Source of the DNA: an uncultured Chloroflexia bacterium
Lineage (GTDB): Bacteria; Chloroflexota; UBA6077; JACCZL01
DNA: 64,000 bases
Assembly (NCBI GenBank): GCA_963765765.1
Contig: CAVXYC010000032.1
Location: forward strand, 1-64,000
Reading direction: 5' to 3'
Part shown: piece after piece, positions 19,545 to 29,776 of the stretch
Layout: each line of letters begins with the position of its first letter
Position numbering within the stretch: the first letter of the stretch is position 1
Program-made: the position numbers and the translations under genes
The notes under the pieces: model-generated
What the model saw: only the letters and a program-made list of their open reading frames with translations
Databases searched by the model: none
What the model was told of the DNA's origin: nothing

Positions 19545-19767
19545 GGAGTAACGGCCTTCTTGATAGTGTTATCGGACAGTCTAGCGCCGCAGGCTCAGTG
19601 GAAGCGCTTCGCCCCAAGACATAAGAATTGCCGCCTTGATCACCTCCGCGGTGCGCGCTTTCTACTTGACATCCTCATTTGCTGGTATCCTCGCTGAGCC
19701 CGCGTGCGATGACGCCGCGATGCTAATTCACTTGTCATGCGCCACAGGGCCGTGATGGATGACGTGA

Positions 19768-20952
19768 ATGACTGACGGACAACCGATGCGCATCGGAATG
19801 AATGCTCTTTTTCTTCAGCAGCCCACCACGGGCAGCGGGCAGCATCTCTTTCACCTGATTCGTGGGCTCCACGACTGCGATCAAGAAAACAGCTATACGC
19901 TGCTGAGCCCGAAATTCCGACGTGCCTACCCGATCTCGTACCCCCGGTTTTCCGAGTCGGATCGATTCCGGAACGTTGAGGTCTGGAGTGCCGTGGTGCG
20001 CTTCAACGAGCATCTGGAGAAGCTCTGGTGGGAGCAGGTCGGTCTGGTTCAGGCCTGCTCCAAGGAAGGTGTGGACCTGCTCCACATCCCATACTTCGCC
20101 GCGCCGTTACTTTCGCCGGTCCCTACGGTAGTGACTATTCACGACGTAATCCCGCTGATTCTCAAGGAGTATGCGTGGCGGCGGCAGAGCAAAGCCTACA
20201 CGTGGTTGGTATCAGAGTCGGCCAAGCGCGCCCGCGCCGTCATTGCCGTATCTGAATGCTCCAAGCGCGATATCGTACGAACGCTCGGTATCCCGGCGGA
20301 TCGCATTCACGTCATCGGCAACGCGGTTGACGAAGAGCTCAAGCCGGTAACGGATCCGTGGGCGCTCTCCAAGGTACGCGAGCGCTATAGCATCGGCGAA
20401 CGATACATTCTTTATTTCGGCGGCTTCGATCTACGGAAGAACGTCTTGCGGCTGATTCGATCGTACGCGGCGCTGCCGGAGCGGCTCCGTAATGAATATC
20501 AGCTCGTGATCGCCGGCAGAATTCACCAGCTTGGACACCCACTGTATCCCGATCCGCGACCGTTGGTGCGTGAGCTGGATCTCGAGGACCAGGTCATTTT
20601 CACGGGCCAGTTTCGGGAAGAGGACAAAGCCAGGTTGTTGAGCGGGAGCACAGCGTTCATCTTCCCGTCGTTGTACGAAGGCTTTGGTATTCCGGCGCTC
20701 GAGGCGATGAAGTGCGGTGCGCCGTTGATCACATCCAATACCTCCTCACTTCCGGAAGTGGTGGGCGACGGGGGTTATCTCATCGATCCGACGAGCGAGT
20801 CCTCCATTACCGAAGCAATCGGCTGTCTGTTGGATAGTCCCGATCGCCGCGCCGAGCTCAGTGAGCGCGCACAGGAGCGCGCCGGCCATTTCAGCTGGCG
20901 GCAGGTCGCTGAGCAAACTCTCGAGGTGTACCGGAGAGCACGCGCGGCGTGA
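19768..20952 (+). CDS. Glycosyltransferase family 4
   Basis: [28 protein letters not shown]. Confidence 0.93.
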   Translation: MTDGQPMRIGMNALFLQQPTTGSGQHLFHLIRGLHDCDQENSYTLLSPKFRRAYPISYPRFSESDRFRNVEVWSAVVRFNEHLEKLWWEQVGLVQACSKEGVDLLHIPYFAAPLLSPVPTVVTIHDVIPLILKEYAWRRQSKAYTWLVSESAKRARAVIAVSECSKRDIVRTLGIPADRIHVIGNAVDEELKPVTDPWALSKVRERYSIGERYILYFGGFDLRKNVLRLIRSYAALPERLRNEYQLVIAGRIHQLGHPLYPDPRPLVRELDLEDQVIFTGQFREEDKARLLSGSTAFIFPSLYEGFGIPALEAMKCGAPLITSNTSSLPEVVGDGGYLIDPTSESSITEAIGCLLDSPDRRAELSERAQERAGHFSWRQVAEQTLEVYRRARAA

Positions 20953-22046
20953 ACATTGTCATGGTCTCAAAGGCGCTGGTTGTGGGCGAATACCAGCGCA
21001 AGCTCGAGGCAATGGCTGCCTATGACGACGTCAACCTCGTCTGCGTGGTGCCTCATAGTTGGAAGACCGAAGGCGGTGAGCTCAAGCTGGAGGCGAGCCA
21101 CACGCGCGGCTACCGGCTCGCTGTTCAGCCTATTCGGTTCAACGGCAACTTTCATCTATTCCATTTCCCCACGCTGGGACGTCTCTTCCGAGCGCTGAAG
21201 CCCGACCTCGTGCACGTGGACGAGGAGCCATATAACCTGGCGACGCTCCTCGCCGTTCGTGAAGCACGCGCGGTGGGTGCAAAGACCGTCTTCTTTACCT
21301 GGCAAAACCTGCCGCGGCGTTACCCGCCGCCGTTCTCGTTGATAGAGCAATGGATTTATCGGTCGGTTGACGCGGCGATCGCGGGCACGGAAGAAGCGGC
21401 AGGTGTTCTGACTGAGAAGGGATATCAGGGGCGCGTCGACGTGATTCCACAGTTCGGTGTGGATGCCGAGCGATTCACTCCAGGCGAGAGCGCCGAGGGT
21501 CCGCCATGGACCATCGGGTACGTCGGTCGGCTCGTGCAGCAAAAGGGACTGATGACGCTCGTCGAGGCGGCGGCTCGACTTGATTGCGATTGGCGATTAG
21601 AGCTCATTGGCAGCGGGCCGTTTCGAGTTGACATGGAATCGCGTGCGGCGGAGCTTGGAGTGGCCGACCGTTTGCAGTTTCGCGATCAGGTTCCGTCGGG
21701 CGAGATACCGGTTGCGCTACGTGGATTGCACGCACTCGTCTTGCCATCTCTGACGCGCTCCTTCTGGAAGGAGCAGTTTGGCCGGGCGCTCGTGGAGGCT
21801 ATGTCTTGCGGCATCCCGGTCATCGGCTCCGATAGCGGCGAGATTCCCCGAGTCATCGGCGATGCGGGATTGGTAACGCCGGAGGGTGACGTTGATGCGC
21901 TTGCTTCGACCTTACAGCGGTTGATTTCCGATGATGCTCTGAGGGCGGATCTGGCGCAGCGAGGCCGCGCCCGAGTCCTGGAGCAATTCACCCACGAGCG
22001 CATTGCGGAGCGGACCGTGGAGCTTTACCGAGAAGTCTTGCGTTAG
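20949..22046 (+). CDS. Glycosyltransferase family 4
   Basis: HVDEEPYN, YVGRLVQQKG, EQFGRALVEAMSCG. Confidence 0.93.
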   Translation: MNIVMVSKALVVGEYQRKLEAMAAYDDVNLVCVVPHSWKTEGGELKLEASHTRGYRLAVQPIRFNGNFHLFHFPTLGRLFRALKPDLVHVDEEPYNLATLLAVREARAVGAKTVFFTWQNLPRRYPPPFSLIEQWIYRSVDAAIAGTEEAAGVLTEKGYQGRVDVIPQFGVDAERFTPGESAEGPPWTIGYVGRLVQQKGLMTLVEAAARLDCDWRLELIGSGPFRVDMESRAAELGVADRLQFRDQVPSGEIPVALRGLHALVLPSLTRSFWKEQFGRALVEAMSCGIPVIGSDSGEIPRVIGDAGLVTPEGDVDALASTLQRLISDDALRADLAQRGRARVLEQFTHERIAERTVELYREVLR

Positions 22047-22083
22047 CTCGAGATAGCCAGGCTACCTCCAGATCGGCGGCGGG

Positions 22084-22400
22084 TCAACCTGCGTGCATGC
22101 GGCCCAGCTCTTCATAGGCCGAGAGCTGCTCTGAGTACGAAAGCATGTCCTCGCTGGGAGCTCTCGGATCACCGCGCCGGTAGACGGATCGATGATCTTA
22201 ATGCTCACACGGTCCGCTGCTTCGTATTGCTGTACTCGGCATAGACCATTGGCTGTAGGCCTGTGCCGAGATCGAGCTGCGCGGCCCAGGACACGTGGAA
22301 GTTTGTTTGCTCGGGTTCGCGCTTGCGGGCCGCATCAGAGGGGCGCACAACCTGCGCCGCGTGGTTTTCGCCCGGCTTGCGGTAACGACCGGGCCCTAGA
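22084..22400 (-). pseudogene. flaG: FlaG-like protein with two frameshifts (absent from ORF track; start uncertain)
   Basis: VYAEYS / EAADRVSIKIIDPSTGAVIRELP / EDMLSYSEQLSAYEELGRMHAG matches the FlaG D..TG.VIR.IP.E motif. Confidence 0.55.
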
Positions 22401-22439
22401 CTGGCTCTCTCTGTTGCCGATCAGGTACACAATCACGTG

Positions 22440-23240
22440 ATGAACCGAAGCATGAGTTATTCACCGACCGTGCAGGATGTTCGGGAGTTCTGGAACGAAA
22501 CGCCATGCGGGACCTATGGCAAGGACTTACCGGAGAGCACGCCTGAATATTTCGCCGCAATCGAGGCGGAGCGCTACGCGATGGAGCCCGAGATTCCACG
22601 GTATGCGCAGTTCTCGCGCTGGCGTGGAAAGCGAGTGCTGGAAGTAGGCTTCGGCGCTGGCTCGGACCTCATGCGGTTCGCTCGTGCAGGTGCGGACATT
22701 GTCGGCATAGACCTAGGATTCAAGGGTGCGACGCTCGCACGCAAGCGCATCGATCTCGAGAATGCCTCGGCGCACGTACTCGTCTCGAACGCCGAGCATA
22801 TGCCGCTTGCCGATGACTCATTCGACTTCATCTATAGCTGGGGAGTCATCCATCACTCGCCGGACACAGCGGCGACCGTGCGTGAGATTCACCGGGTGCT
22901 CAAGCCCGGTGGACGCATCACCGTCATGATTTATCACACCCTCTCATGGGTCGTGTTCAAAATTCTCCTCAAGCACGGAATCATGCGAGGCGAGCTGCTG
23001 AATCGTTCCTGGGGCGAGGTGTTCAGTCGGCATTCCGAATACGCGCCGGATAACCCTTTGACCCGCTCCTACACCGTGGCTCAAGCTCGGCAGCTCTTCA
23101 GCCAATTCGAAGACGTCCGTGTCAACGTGGTGCCCACGTTCCACGATGAATCAGGTCTCCCGTGGGCGCCATCCTTCGGCGGCCGCATGGGCTGGTTCTT
23201 AGTAGTGCGAGGTCGAAGGCGGGCTGAGCGCCCAGCCTGA
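22440..23240 (+). CDS. Class I SAM-dependent methyltransferase (glycan-cluster type)
   Basis: VLEVGFGAGSD, FDFIYSWGVIHH, RVLKPGG. Confidence 0.9.
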   Translation: MNRSMSYSPTVQDVREFWNETPCGTYGKDLPESTPEYFAAIEAERYAMEPEIPRYAQFSRWRGKRVLEVGFGAGSDLMRFARAGADIVGIDLGFKGATLARKRIDLENASAHVLVSNAEHMPLADDSFDFIYSWGVIHHSPDTAATVREIHRVLKPGGRITVMIYHTLSWVVFKILLKHGIMRGELLNRSWGEVFSRHSEYAPDNPLTRSYTVAQARQLFSQFEDVRVNVVPTFHDESGLPWAPSFGGRMGWFLVVRGRRRAERPA

Positions 23241-23299
23241 GCGAGCCCCAAACTTCGGTAGAATCCAGCCCGTGGCCCGCGCGGCGGGTCGGGAGGCTG

Positions 23300-24214
23300 G
23301 TGATGCGTGTAACCGTGTCCGATACTGTGTCCCCGTCGTACTTTGTGGCGACGGCGGCAGTTGAACTGGGCTTTTTCAAATCCGAGGGTCTGGACGCGGA
23401 GTTCGTTCCGACGCCAGCCGAAGCGTCGCAGTCGTTGCGTGACGGTAGCGTCGATTTCGTCGGTGGGTCGGCCTACACTGGACTACGCGCTTTCCCAGGC
23501 TGGCGCGGCGGCAAGCTGTTGTGCGCGCTCTCCCAGTACACGTATTGGTTCCTAGCCATCAGAGCCGACATCCCGGCAGAGCAGGGCGATGTCGCGGCGG
23601 TAAAGGGACTGCGCATCAGCGCCTCGCGCGGGCCCGGACAGGCGCTGCGGAAGGTGCTCGAGGACTCGGGTATCGACCTCGATCGGGACAATGTGAAGAT
23701 CGTCGACACAGGACACGCTCCGGACGGCAACTGGGCCTGGGACGGCATCCGGGCGATCGAGTCCGGGGAGGCGGATGCTTACTGGGGCAATGGCATGCGC
23801 GCTGATCTCGGCGTCAAGCACGGTGTCGCGAAATTACTTCTCGACATACGTCGTGGCGATGGTCCGTCCGTGGCACGGAGTTACACGTTCCCGGCGCTCG
23901 TCACCACCGATCGCCTGATAGAGGAAAGGCCTGACGCGGCTGCCGGAGCTGTGCGGGCGATTGTAAAGACACAGCAAGCGCTACGTTCCGACCCATCGCT
24001 GGCCACTCAGGTGGGCCAGCGACTTTTCCCGCCGACGGAAGCGGAGTTGATTGCCGGGCAGATTGCCCGAGATGCCGAGTTTTACGATCCGGTCATCACC
24101 GAGACCATGGTCGATGGGGCGAGCCAATTTGCTCAACGAGTGGGCATGCTAGACCGCCCGGTCATGTTCGACGAGGTGGTGGCGACGCAGTTTCGCGATT
24201 TCTGGCAACCATAG
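23300..24214 (+). CDS. NMT1/THI5-like substrate-binding protein
   Basis: AAVELGFFKSEGLD, LRDGSVDF, VKGLRI; no signal peptide or cognate permease seen. Confidence 0.75.
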   Translation: MMRVTVSDTVSPSYFVATAAVELGFFKSEGLDAEFVPTPAEASQSLRDGSVDFVGGSAYTGLRAFPGWRGGKLLCALSQYTYWFLAIRADIPAEQGDVAAVKGLRISASRGPGQALRKVLEDSGIDLDRDNVKIVDTGHAPDGNWAWDGIRAIESGEADAYWGNGMRADLGVKHGVAKLLLDIRRGDGPSVARSYTFPALVTTDRLIEERPDAAAGAVRAIVKTQQALRSDPSLATQVGQRLFPPTEAELIAGQIARDAEFYDPVITETMVDGASQFAQRVGMLDRPVMFDEVVATQFRDFWQP

Positions 24215-24252
24215 GGGGCTGGATCTAATTGGTTGGCGTTCGTACGTAGAAG

Positions 24253-25698
24253 TCAATCGTTCCTGGACCGGGCCCAGCCAATCAGTGCGGCGATAGCACC
24301 AAGCCCGGCTGCCGCCGCTCCCCAACCGAACTGTCCCGTGAAGACCTGGTGCGCGCCATCGCGAACCGCCTGTACGTATGTCTCCACATCGCCTATGGAA
24401 AGGTCGGCGACGAGCGCGTTGAACTGGTCGAGGCCGAAGCTCGCCAGCGCCGCACTGGCCAGGGTCATTCCAACGAGACGGGCCGCCTGGACCAGGCTGG
24501 CTGCTGTGGCGGCATTGACGAGGCCGGCCGCGCGGATCGCCACAGCGTTCGTGGGGGCGATCATCAACCCGAACCCCAGTCCCGCCAGCAGTAATGTGGG
24601 CGTCATCGCGTCAGGAAGAACATCCACCGACCACTTGCTCATGAGCCCCAATGCGATCGTCGTCAGTGCCATGCCCGCGCTCGCTAGCGCGAACAACGGC
24701 ATGCGGGTCCCGAGGCGGCTGCCCAACAGTGCGCCCAGCGGGATGGTCAAGGTAAGTCGGGAGAGCAGCAGCGCAGCATGAGTTGGCTCCTCACCGAGGA
24801 GCGTGTTACCCCAGATGGGCACCAGCAGAAGTGGCACCATGAGGGCCACGCCGCCCAGCACGTGAATCACCAGGCTGATCACGACCGCGCCATTCTGAAA
24901 CATTCCGCGAGGCAACAGTGGGGCAGCGGCGCGGCGCTCGATGGTACCGGCACCGATTGTTAGCATTAGCCCGGTGACAAGGAGCACCGGGCGAGCCAGT
25001 CCCGCGCCGAGCGTTGACGCTTCACGTGACATCGCCAGCGTCCATGCGGCGAGCGCGCCGCCCAGGAGAGCTGCACCTGGCCAGTCTAACGGTCCGATCT
25101 GGCGATGCTCCGAATTACGCTCCATGCGAAGCGCCAGCAAGCTCAGGATGAGCACGCAGGGCAGGTTGATCAGGAAGACCCACCGCCAGCTCAGGAGCTG
25201 CATCATGGCTGCTCCATATACTGGACCAAGGACTGCGCCCCCCTCCGCTATAGCAGTCACCCAACCAATCCTGAGGATCAGGCCTTCAAGCCCACCTCGC
25301 GCGCTGACCCGGCCCAAAGCGATTGGCAGTAGTGCTCCTGCACCGACAGCCTGAACGAAGCGTCCAAGCACAATCGTGAACAGGTCCTGACCTAGCCCGA
25401 CCAATCCAGATCCTACTCCGAAGGTAACCAGGCAGGCGATGGTGAACAGATCCCGGCGGTGTACTCGGTCTGCAAGGTGACCGGCGATTGGCAGCACCAG
25501 CGCGTATCCGGCCAAATACGCGGTTATGGCCCACGACACGTCATCCAGCCGATTGAGAGGTAATCCGAGCTCCAGCACAATGGCCGGAAGCGTCGCGGCC
25601 ACAACGGTCTGGTCCAATGCACCCAGGAGAACCGCGGCGAGAAGGGGAAGAAAGTCCCGCTCTGCCGGGAAGGCGCGCGTCAATGCATTCACGGACAT
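24253..25698 (-). CDS. MFS transporter, 14-TMS DHA2 type (P55/Rv1410c-like)
   Basis: GALDQTVVAATLP, WAITAYLAGY, GAVLGPVYG, WRWVFLINLP. Confidence 0.85.
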   Translation of the reverse strand: MSVNALTRAFPAERDFLPLLAAVLLGALDQTVVAATLPAIVLELGLPLNRLDDVSWAITAYLAGYALVLPIAGHLADRVHRRDLFTIACLVTFGVGSGLVGLGQDLFTIVLGRFVQAVGAGALLPIALGRVSARGGLEGLILRIGWVTAIAEGGAVLGPVYGAAMMQLLSWRWVFLINLPCVLILSLLALRMERNSEHRQIGPLDWPGAALLGGALAAWTLAMSREASTLGAGLARPVLLVTGLMLTIGAGTIERRAAAPLLPRGMFQNGAVVISLVIHVLGGVALMVPLLLVPIWGNTLLGEEPTHAALLLSRLTLTIPLGALLGSRLGTRMPLFALASAGMALTTIALGLMSKWSVDVLPDAMTPTLLLAGLGFGLMIAPTNAVAIRAAGLVNAATAASLVQAARLVGMTLASAALASFGLDQFNALVADLSIGDVETYVQAVRDGAHQVFTGQFGWGAAAAGLGAIAALIGWARSRND

Positions 25699-25732
25699 GA
25701 ATGCGCCAAAGCGTTTGCTCTTAACGCGGGGA

Positions 25733-26462
25733 TCACCCGGCCGCTGAAGGTGTTGGAAGTGGCGGAATGGACACTGGCTCATTCCAGTTGGAGAGTGTGA
25801 TCAGCCGCACCGCCTCCGGCTCGATCACCCTGCAGCGCCGCGCCGGCCAGGCGCAGTCGCGCAATCTGCCAATCCGTCTCACGCACCAGAGCGTCCACGG
25901 CGATGCTATTACCCGTGGCCGTTCCGCCGATCAGCTTGGATACCGCGGCCGACGAAACGTGACCCTGGATGTTTTGCTGTCTGACGCCGTTCTCCGTCCG
26001 AGGCTCCAGCAGCTTGGGCTCCGTGATCGTGGGTACTACACTGGCGATGCCCGTCTCCGGGTCCAGGAGGGCGATTCGCTGCGTCCCCGTCATCTCTTCG
26101 TAGCGTGCGCCAAGGGGGTTGCGGACATAAGTTTTGCCATCAAACGCTCGCAGCTCGGTCTCCAGGACGTTTGTTCCAAACATCAGCCGAAGCTTGAGTT
26201 GCGCGTCGTTCGGTCGCTTGAGTTTTCCCTCAGCGCGCGCCAGCCCCAGGCCGTTCGCAATCGGAGCGGTCACGCCCTCATTTGCAAGCACAATTTGCAC
26301 TGTCTCTAGACCGCGAGCGGCATCGGCGGCTTTCTGCACCACCTCTTCAGCCGTAGGCGGCCTGGCCGGCGGAGTCTGCTGACATGCCGCCAGTAAAACT
26401 GTGACGACAAGTTCGAGCGAGAGTGACCATCTACGCAGACGCCGAGTGGGAGTGGCAGGCAT
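25733..26462 (-). CDS. LppX/LprAFG family lipoprotein, frameshifted near 25822
   Basis: Lipobox LLAAC; ALLDPETGIASV; shifted C-terminus LITLSNWNEPVSIPP. Confidence 0.75.
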
Positions 26463-26496
26463 GGGACCTCTAGGTGGTGAGGTTGGAGACTCCGAA

Positions 26497-27040
26497 ATGA
26501 TAACCGGAAGAAGGGACATAAAGGACGGCGGATACAAGAACCTGCTTTCTTGCCAGAAGGCGGAGATCGTGTTTGACGCCACTGTGTCATTCTGCGATCG
26601 TTTCGTCGATAAGCGCAGCAGGGACGCATGACCAGATGGTTCAGGCAGCGCTCCGGTAAGCAGAACATCGTTGAAGGCAGCATGGCGTCCGGTACCTCCA
26701 AGGAGATGGAGATCAAGCTGACCAATGTGGCCCGCGCCAGTCCAGAGGAGCTGCTAACGGACTACTGCGACTTCCCGCGTGTACGCGGCCTCAGTGAATG
26801 GCCCACAGATCATCCCTATGCGCAACGGCTGCGCGCCCTAAACAGGGCGAACGCTGTTTATGAAGCGTTAAAGGACCGGCGTTGAGCACGCAGAGCCCGA
26901 GATCGCAGCCAAGGTGATCTGGCCTCATCCGTGTGACGGGTTACCTGCTGGACTGCCAGATTCGTCGTCCGGAGAGCACGTTTGTCAAGGAAGGCGGTCT
27001 GCGAGAGCGCATCACACGCGCTCGGCTAAAGGAACGCTAA
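26497..27040 (+). pseudogene. Four helix bundle (suffix-domain type) protein, several frameshifts
   Basis: GGYKNLLSCQKAEIVFDAT, DQMVQAA, RSGKQNIVEGSMASGTSKEMEIKLTNVARAS, FVKEGGLRERITRARL. Confidence 0.75.
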
Positions 27041-27061
27041 GGCCAACGAGCCTAACGGTCA

Positions 27062-28411
27062 CTAACCCCGACCAATCCCCGCATTCAACAGCCTCGGCGA
27101 CTTCCACGCCAGCAAGCCGGCCAGCAGCAATGTGATCCCGCCAAAGGTGGCCACGGTAAACGGCGCGCCAATCACCTGGGTCAGCACGCCGGCCAGAAGA
27201 GAGCCGGCTGGGCCGAGGCCGTGGTCGGCCATGAATATCGCGTTGACGCGGCCACGGAGCTCATCGGGCACGATGCTCTGTAGCAGCGTGTGATTGAGAG
27301 TGAAGAAGGCCATCTGGAAGATGCCCACACCGACCAGTGCGATGACTGCCAACGGCAGCGTGGGCGCTTGCGAGAAGATGATCATCGCGATTCCCAGCAA
27401 TACCAGGTCGATGAGCATCAAAAGGCCCTGACGCTTGACGCGATGCGAGATCGAGGCCAGCCCAAGCGTGGCAATGACCGCGCCAAAGCCCGGGCCGGCC
27501 ATCAATGCTCCCAGGCCTTCAGGGCCCACGCCATACACATCCTTCTGGAAGACTGGCAGCATCGCCATAGTCACTGGCAGTGAGAACAGTGGCGGCACCA
27601 ACGCCGCCACGAGCATCGCCAGAATCATCGGGTCACGCCGAACATAGGACAGGCCCTCGCGGAAGTTGGCTGCCACCGATGACTTGCGCGCGTTGGGCGG
27701 TGTCGGCGGAACGCGCATCATGCTGAACAAGTACAGCACCATGCCGTAGAACCCGGCTTGAACGAAGAAATTCTCCGATGGGCCCATGGCGGCGATGAGC
27801 AGGCCTCCGATGGCCGGGCCAATCACTTTTTGACTGTTAAATCCAGCCGAGTTGAGGGCAATGGCGTTCATCAGGTCCCGGCGCGGTACTAGGTTCGGCA
27901 CCAGAGTCTGACGGACCGGGTTGTTGATCGCCCAGATCACCGCGGTGAAGCCAGAGAAGAGCAGAATGTGCCACACGCCCAGTTGTCCCGATGCAACCAG
28001 TAGCCCCATCAGCACGCATGAGACGATCATGATAGGCACGGTCACCAGCAGAATTCCGCGCCGATCGAATCGGTCGGCCGCTACGCCGGCAAATGGGCCG
28101 ATGAACAGGAACGGCAGGGCCCGTACCGCGTGCATGGCGCCCAGAAGCACCGCAGACCCCGAAAGCTCGTAGAGTAACCAGCCCAGGGTCACCTGTTGAA
28201 TCCACTGGCCGGCGCTCAGAAAGAGGGTGCCGATCCAGAGGAAGCGGTAATCCCGGTGTCTCAGTGATGAGAAGATGCTCCACGGACCCGTTTTATGGAT
28301 CGATTGTGAGCCGGTATCGTGATCGCGGTCCGATGGCTCGACCGACGAGTCATGCTGCTTCGACGAGACCTCGGCTGCTGGCCCCGTTGCAGATTGCTCG
28401 TTGACCGTCAT
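27062..28411 (-). CDS. MFS transporter, fourth of four tandem paralogs
   Basis: FSSLRHRDYRFLW, AGQWIQQVTLGW, GVAADRFDRR, VPDELRGRV; ATGA overlap with upstream paralog. Confidence 0.9.
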   Translation of the reverse strand: MTVNEQSATGPAAEVSSKQHDSSVEPSDRDHDTGSQSIHKTGPWSIFSSLRHRDYRFLWIGTLFLSAGQWIQQVTLGWLLYELSGSAVLLGAMHAVRALPFLFIGPFAGVAADRFDRRGILLVTVPIMIVSCVLMGLLVASGQLGVWHILLFSGFTAVIWAINNPVRQTLVPNLVPRRDLMNAIALNSAGFNSQKVIGPAIGGLLIAAMGPSENFFVQAGFYGMVLYLFSMMRVPPTPPNARKSSVAANFREGLSYVRRDPMILAMLVAALVPPLFSLPVTMAMLPVFQKDVYGVGPEGLGALMAGPGFGAVIATLGLASISHRVKRQGLLMLIDLVLLGIAMIIFSQAPTLPLAVIALVGVGIFQMAFFTLNHTLLQSIVPDELRGRVNAIFMADHGLGPAGSLLAGVLTQVIGAPFTVATFGGITLLLAGLLAWKSPRLLNAGIGRG

Positions 28412-29728
28412 CGGGCTGGTTTGCGCTCCACGCTGTAATTCCACAAACTCGGTGCGCGCCAGAATAGCACGAATGCCAGAACGATCACCGCCGCGCCCAT
28501 TGCGGCGAGCGTGGGTTGTGGTCCAACCACCTCAATCGCGGCCCCCGCGAAGATGGTGCCCACCGGCCCAATGCCCCATTGGGTCATGAAGATGCTGTTG
28601 ACCCTGGCCGCGAAGCTGGTCCGGCACGATGATCTGAAGCATCGTGTTACTCACGGTGTAAAAAAACATCTGAACCGCGCCGCTGAGAAACAGAACCAGG
28701 CACGCGGACCAGAGCTCAGTCATGAACGCGAACGCTGTGACGGTGGCTCCCATGAGACCTATGACGGTGATCAGGATTACTCCGTGATTGCGCAGGCGCG
28801 CATCCGCGCCTGCAAGTACGATGGTAGAAACCACCGCTCCGACGCCTCCGCTCGCCATTAGCAAGCCCAGGCCTTCTGGACCGACGTGCAGTACGTCCTT
28901 CTGTATGACCGGAAGGAGCCATTGAACAGCGGGCACGACGAAGATCGGTGGTACAAGTGACGCGATCAACAGCGCACGGAGCATTGGTTGCCGCCAGATG
29001 TATACCCAGCCCTCTTTCAGGTTCTGCAGGGCTGACTCACTTCTGGCGTTTGGTGGGGTGGGCGGGACGCGCATGCGGAAGAAGAGCAGCAGAACCAGCA
29101 TCCAGATTGCGAACTCAAGAAAGAAGTTTCCGCCCGGGCCGAACCATGCGATGAAGATGCCCCCAAGCGCGGGGCCCACGACTTTGAAAATGTTGAACGC
29201 CGCTGAGCTCAGGGCGATGGCATTCATCATGTCTTTTCGGGGTACCAGATTGGGAACAAGCGCCTGGCGTATAGGGTTGTTGAAGGCCCAGATTGTCGAA
29301 GCGAAAAGCGTGAATGTAAGGACGTGCCACACCTGCAGCCAGCCATTGACGGTCAGAATGCCCATGATCAGCGCCGCGGCGGCGACGAGTGGCTGCATCA
29401 TAAGGAGCAGTTTCCGTCGATCCATCCGATCGGCCGCCACGCCCGCGATCGGTCCGGCAAAGAGAAACGGCGTGGAGCGTAAGGTGTGCATGAGCCCCAA
29501 CATCACGGGTGAGCCGGTCATCTCGTACACCAGCCAGCCGAGGGTGACTTGCTGAATCCACTGGCCCGCGCTCAGCATACAGATGCTGTACCAGAGTGCT
29601 CGAAAGTCTCGGTGCTGGAGCGATGAGAGGATAGCTGGGAGGCGGCTCCGCTCGGGCGTAGGCGGATCGCTGATGGACGGCGATGCCGTTATGCTGATCT
29701 CGGCCCGAGTTGTCTCAAGGCTCGCCAC
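28408..29728 (-). CDS. MFS transporter, third tandem paralog, frameshifted near 28605
   Basis: Same motifs; C-terminus ...LFWRAPSLWNYSVERKPAR in a shifted frame ending at 28408. Confidence 0.85.
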
Positions 29729-29776
29729 AAATGTCCCATTCGCTGGAGGTACCCAGCCGGGCGCGGTGACCCACGC

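Noticed and set aside
26497-27040. Diversity-generating retroelement suggested by an Avd-like gene
   Set aside because: No reverse transcriptase and no TR/VR repeat pair in the window; the gene is degraded.
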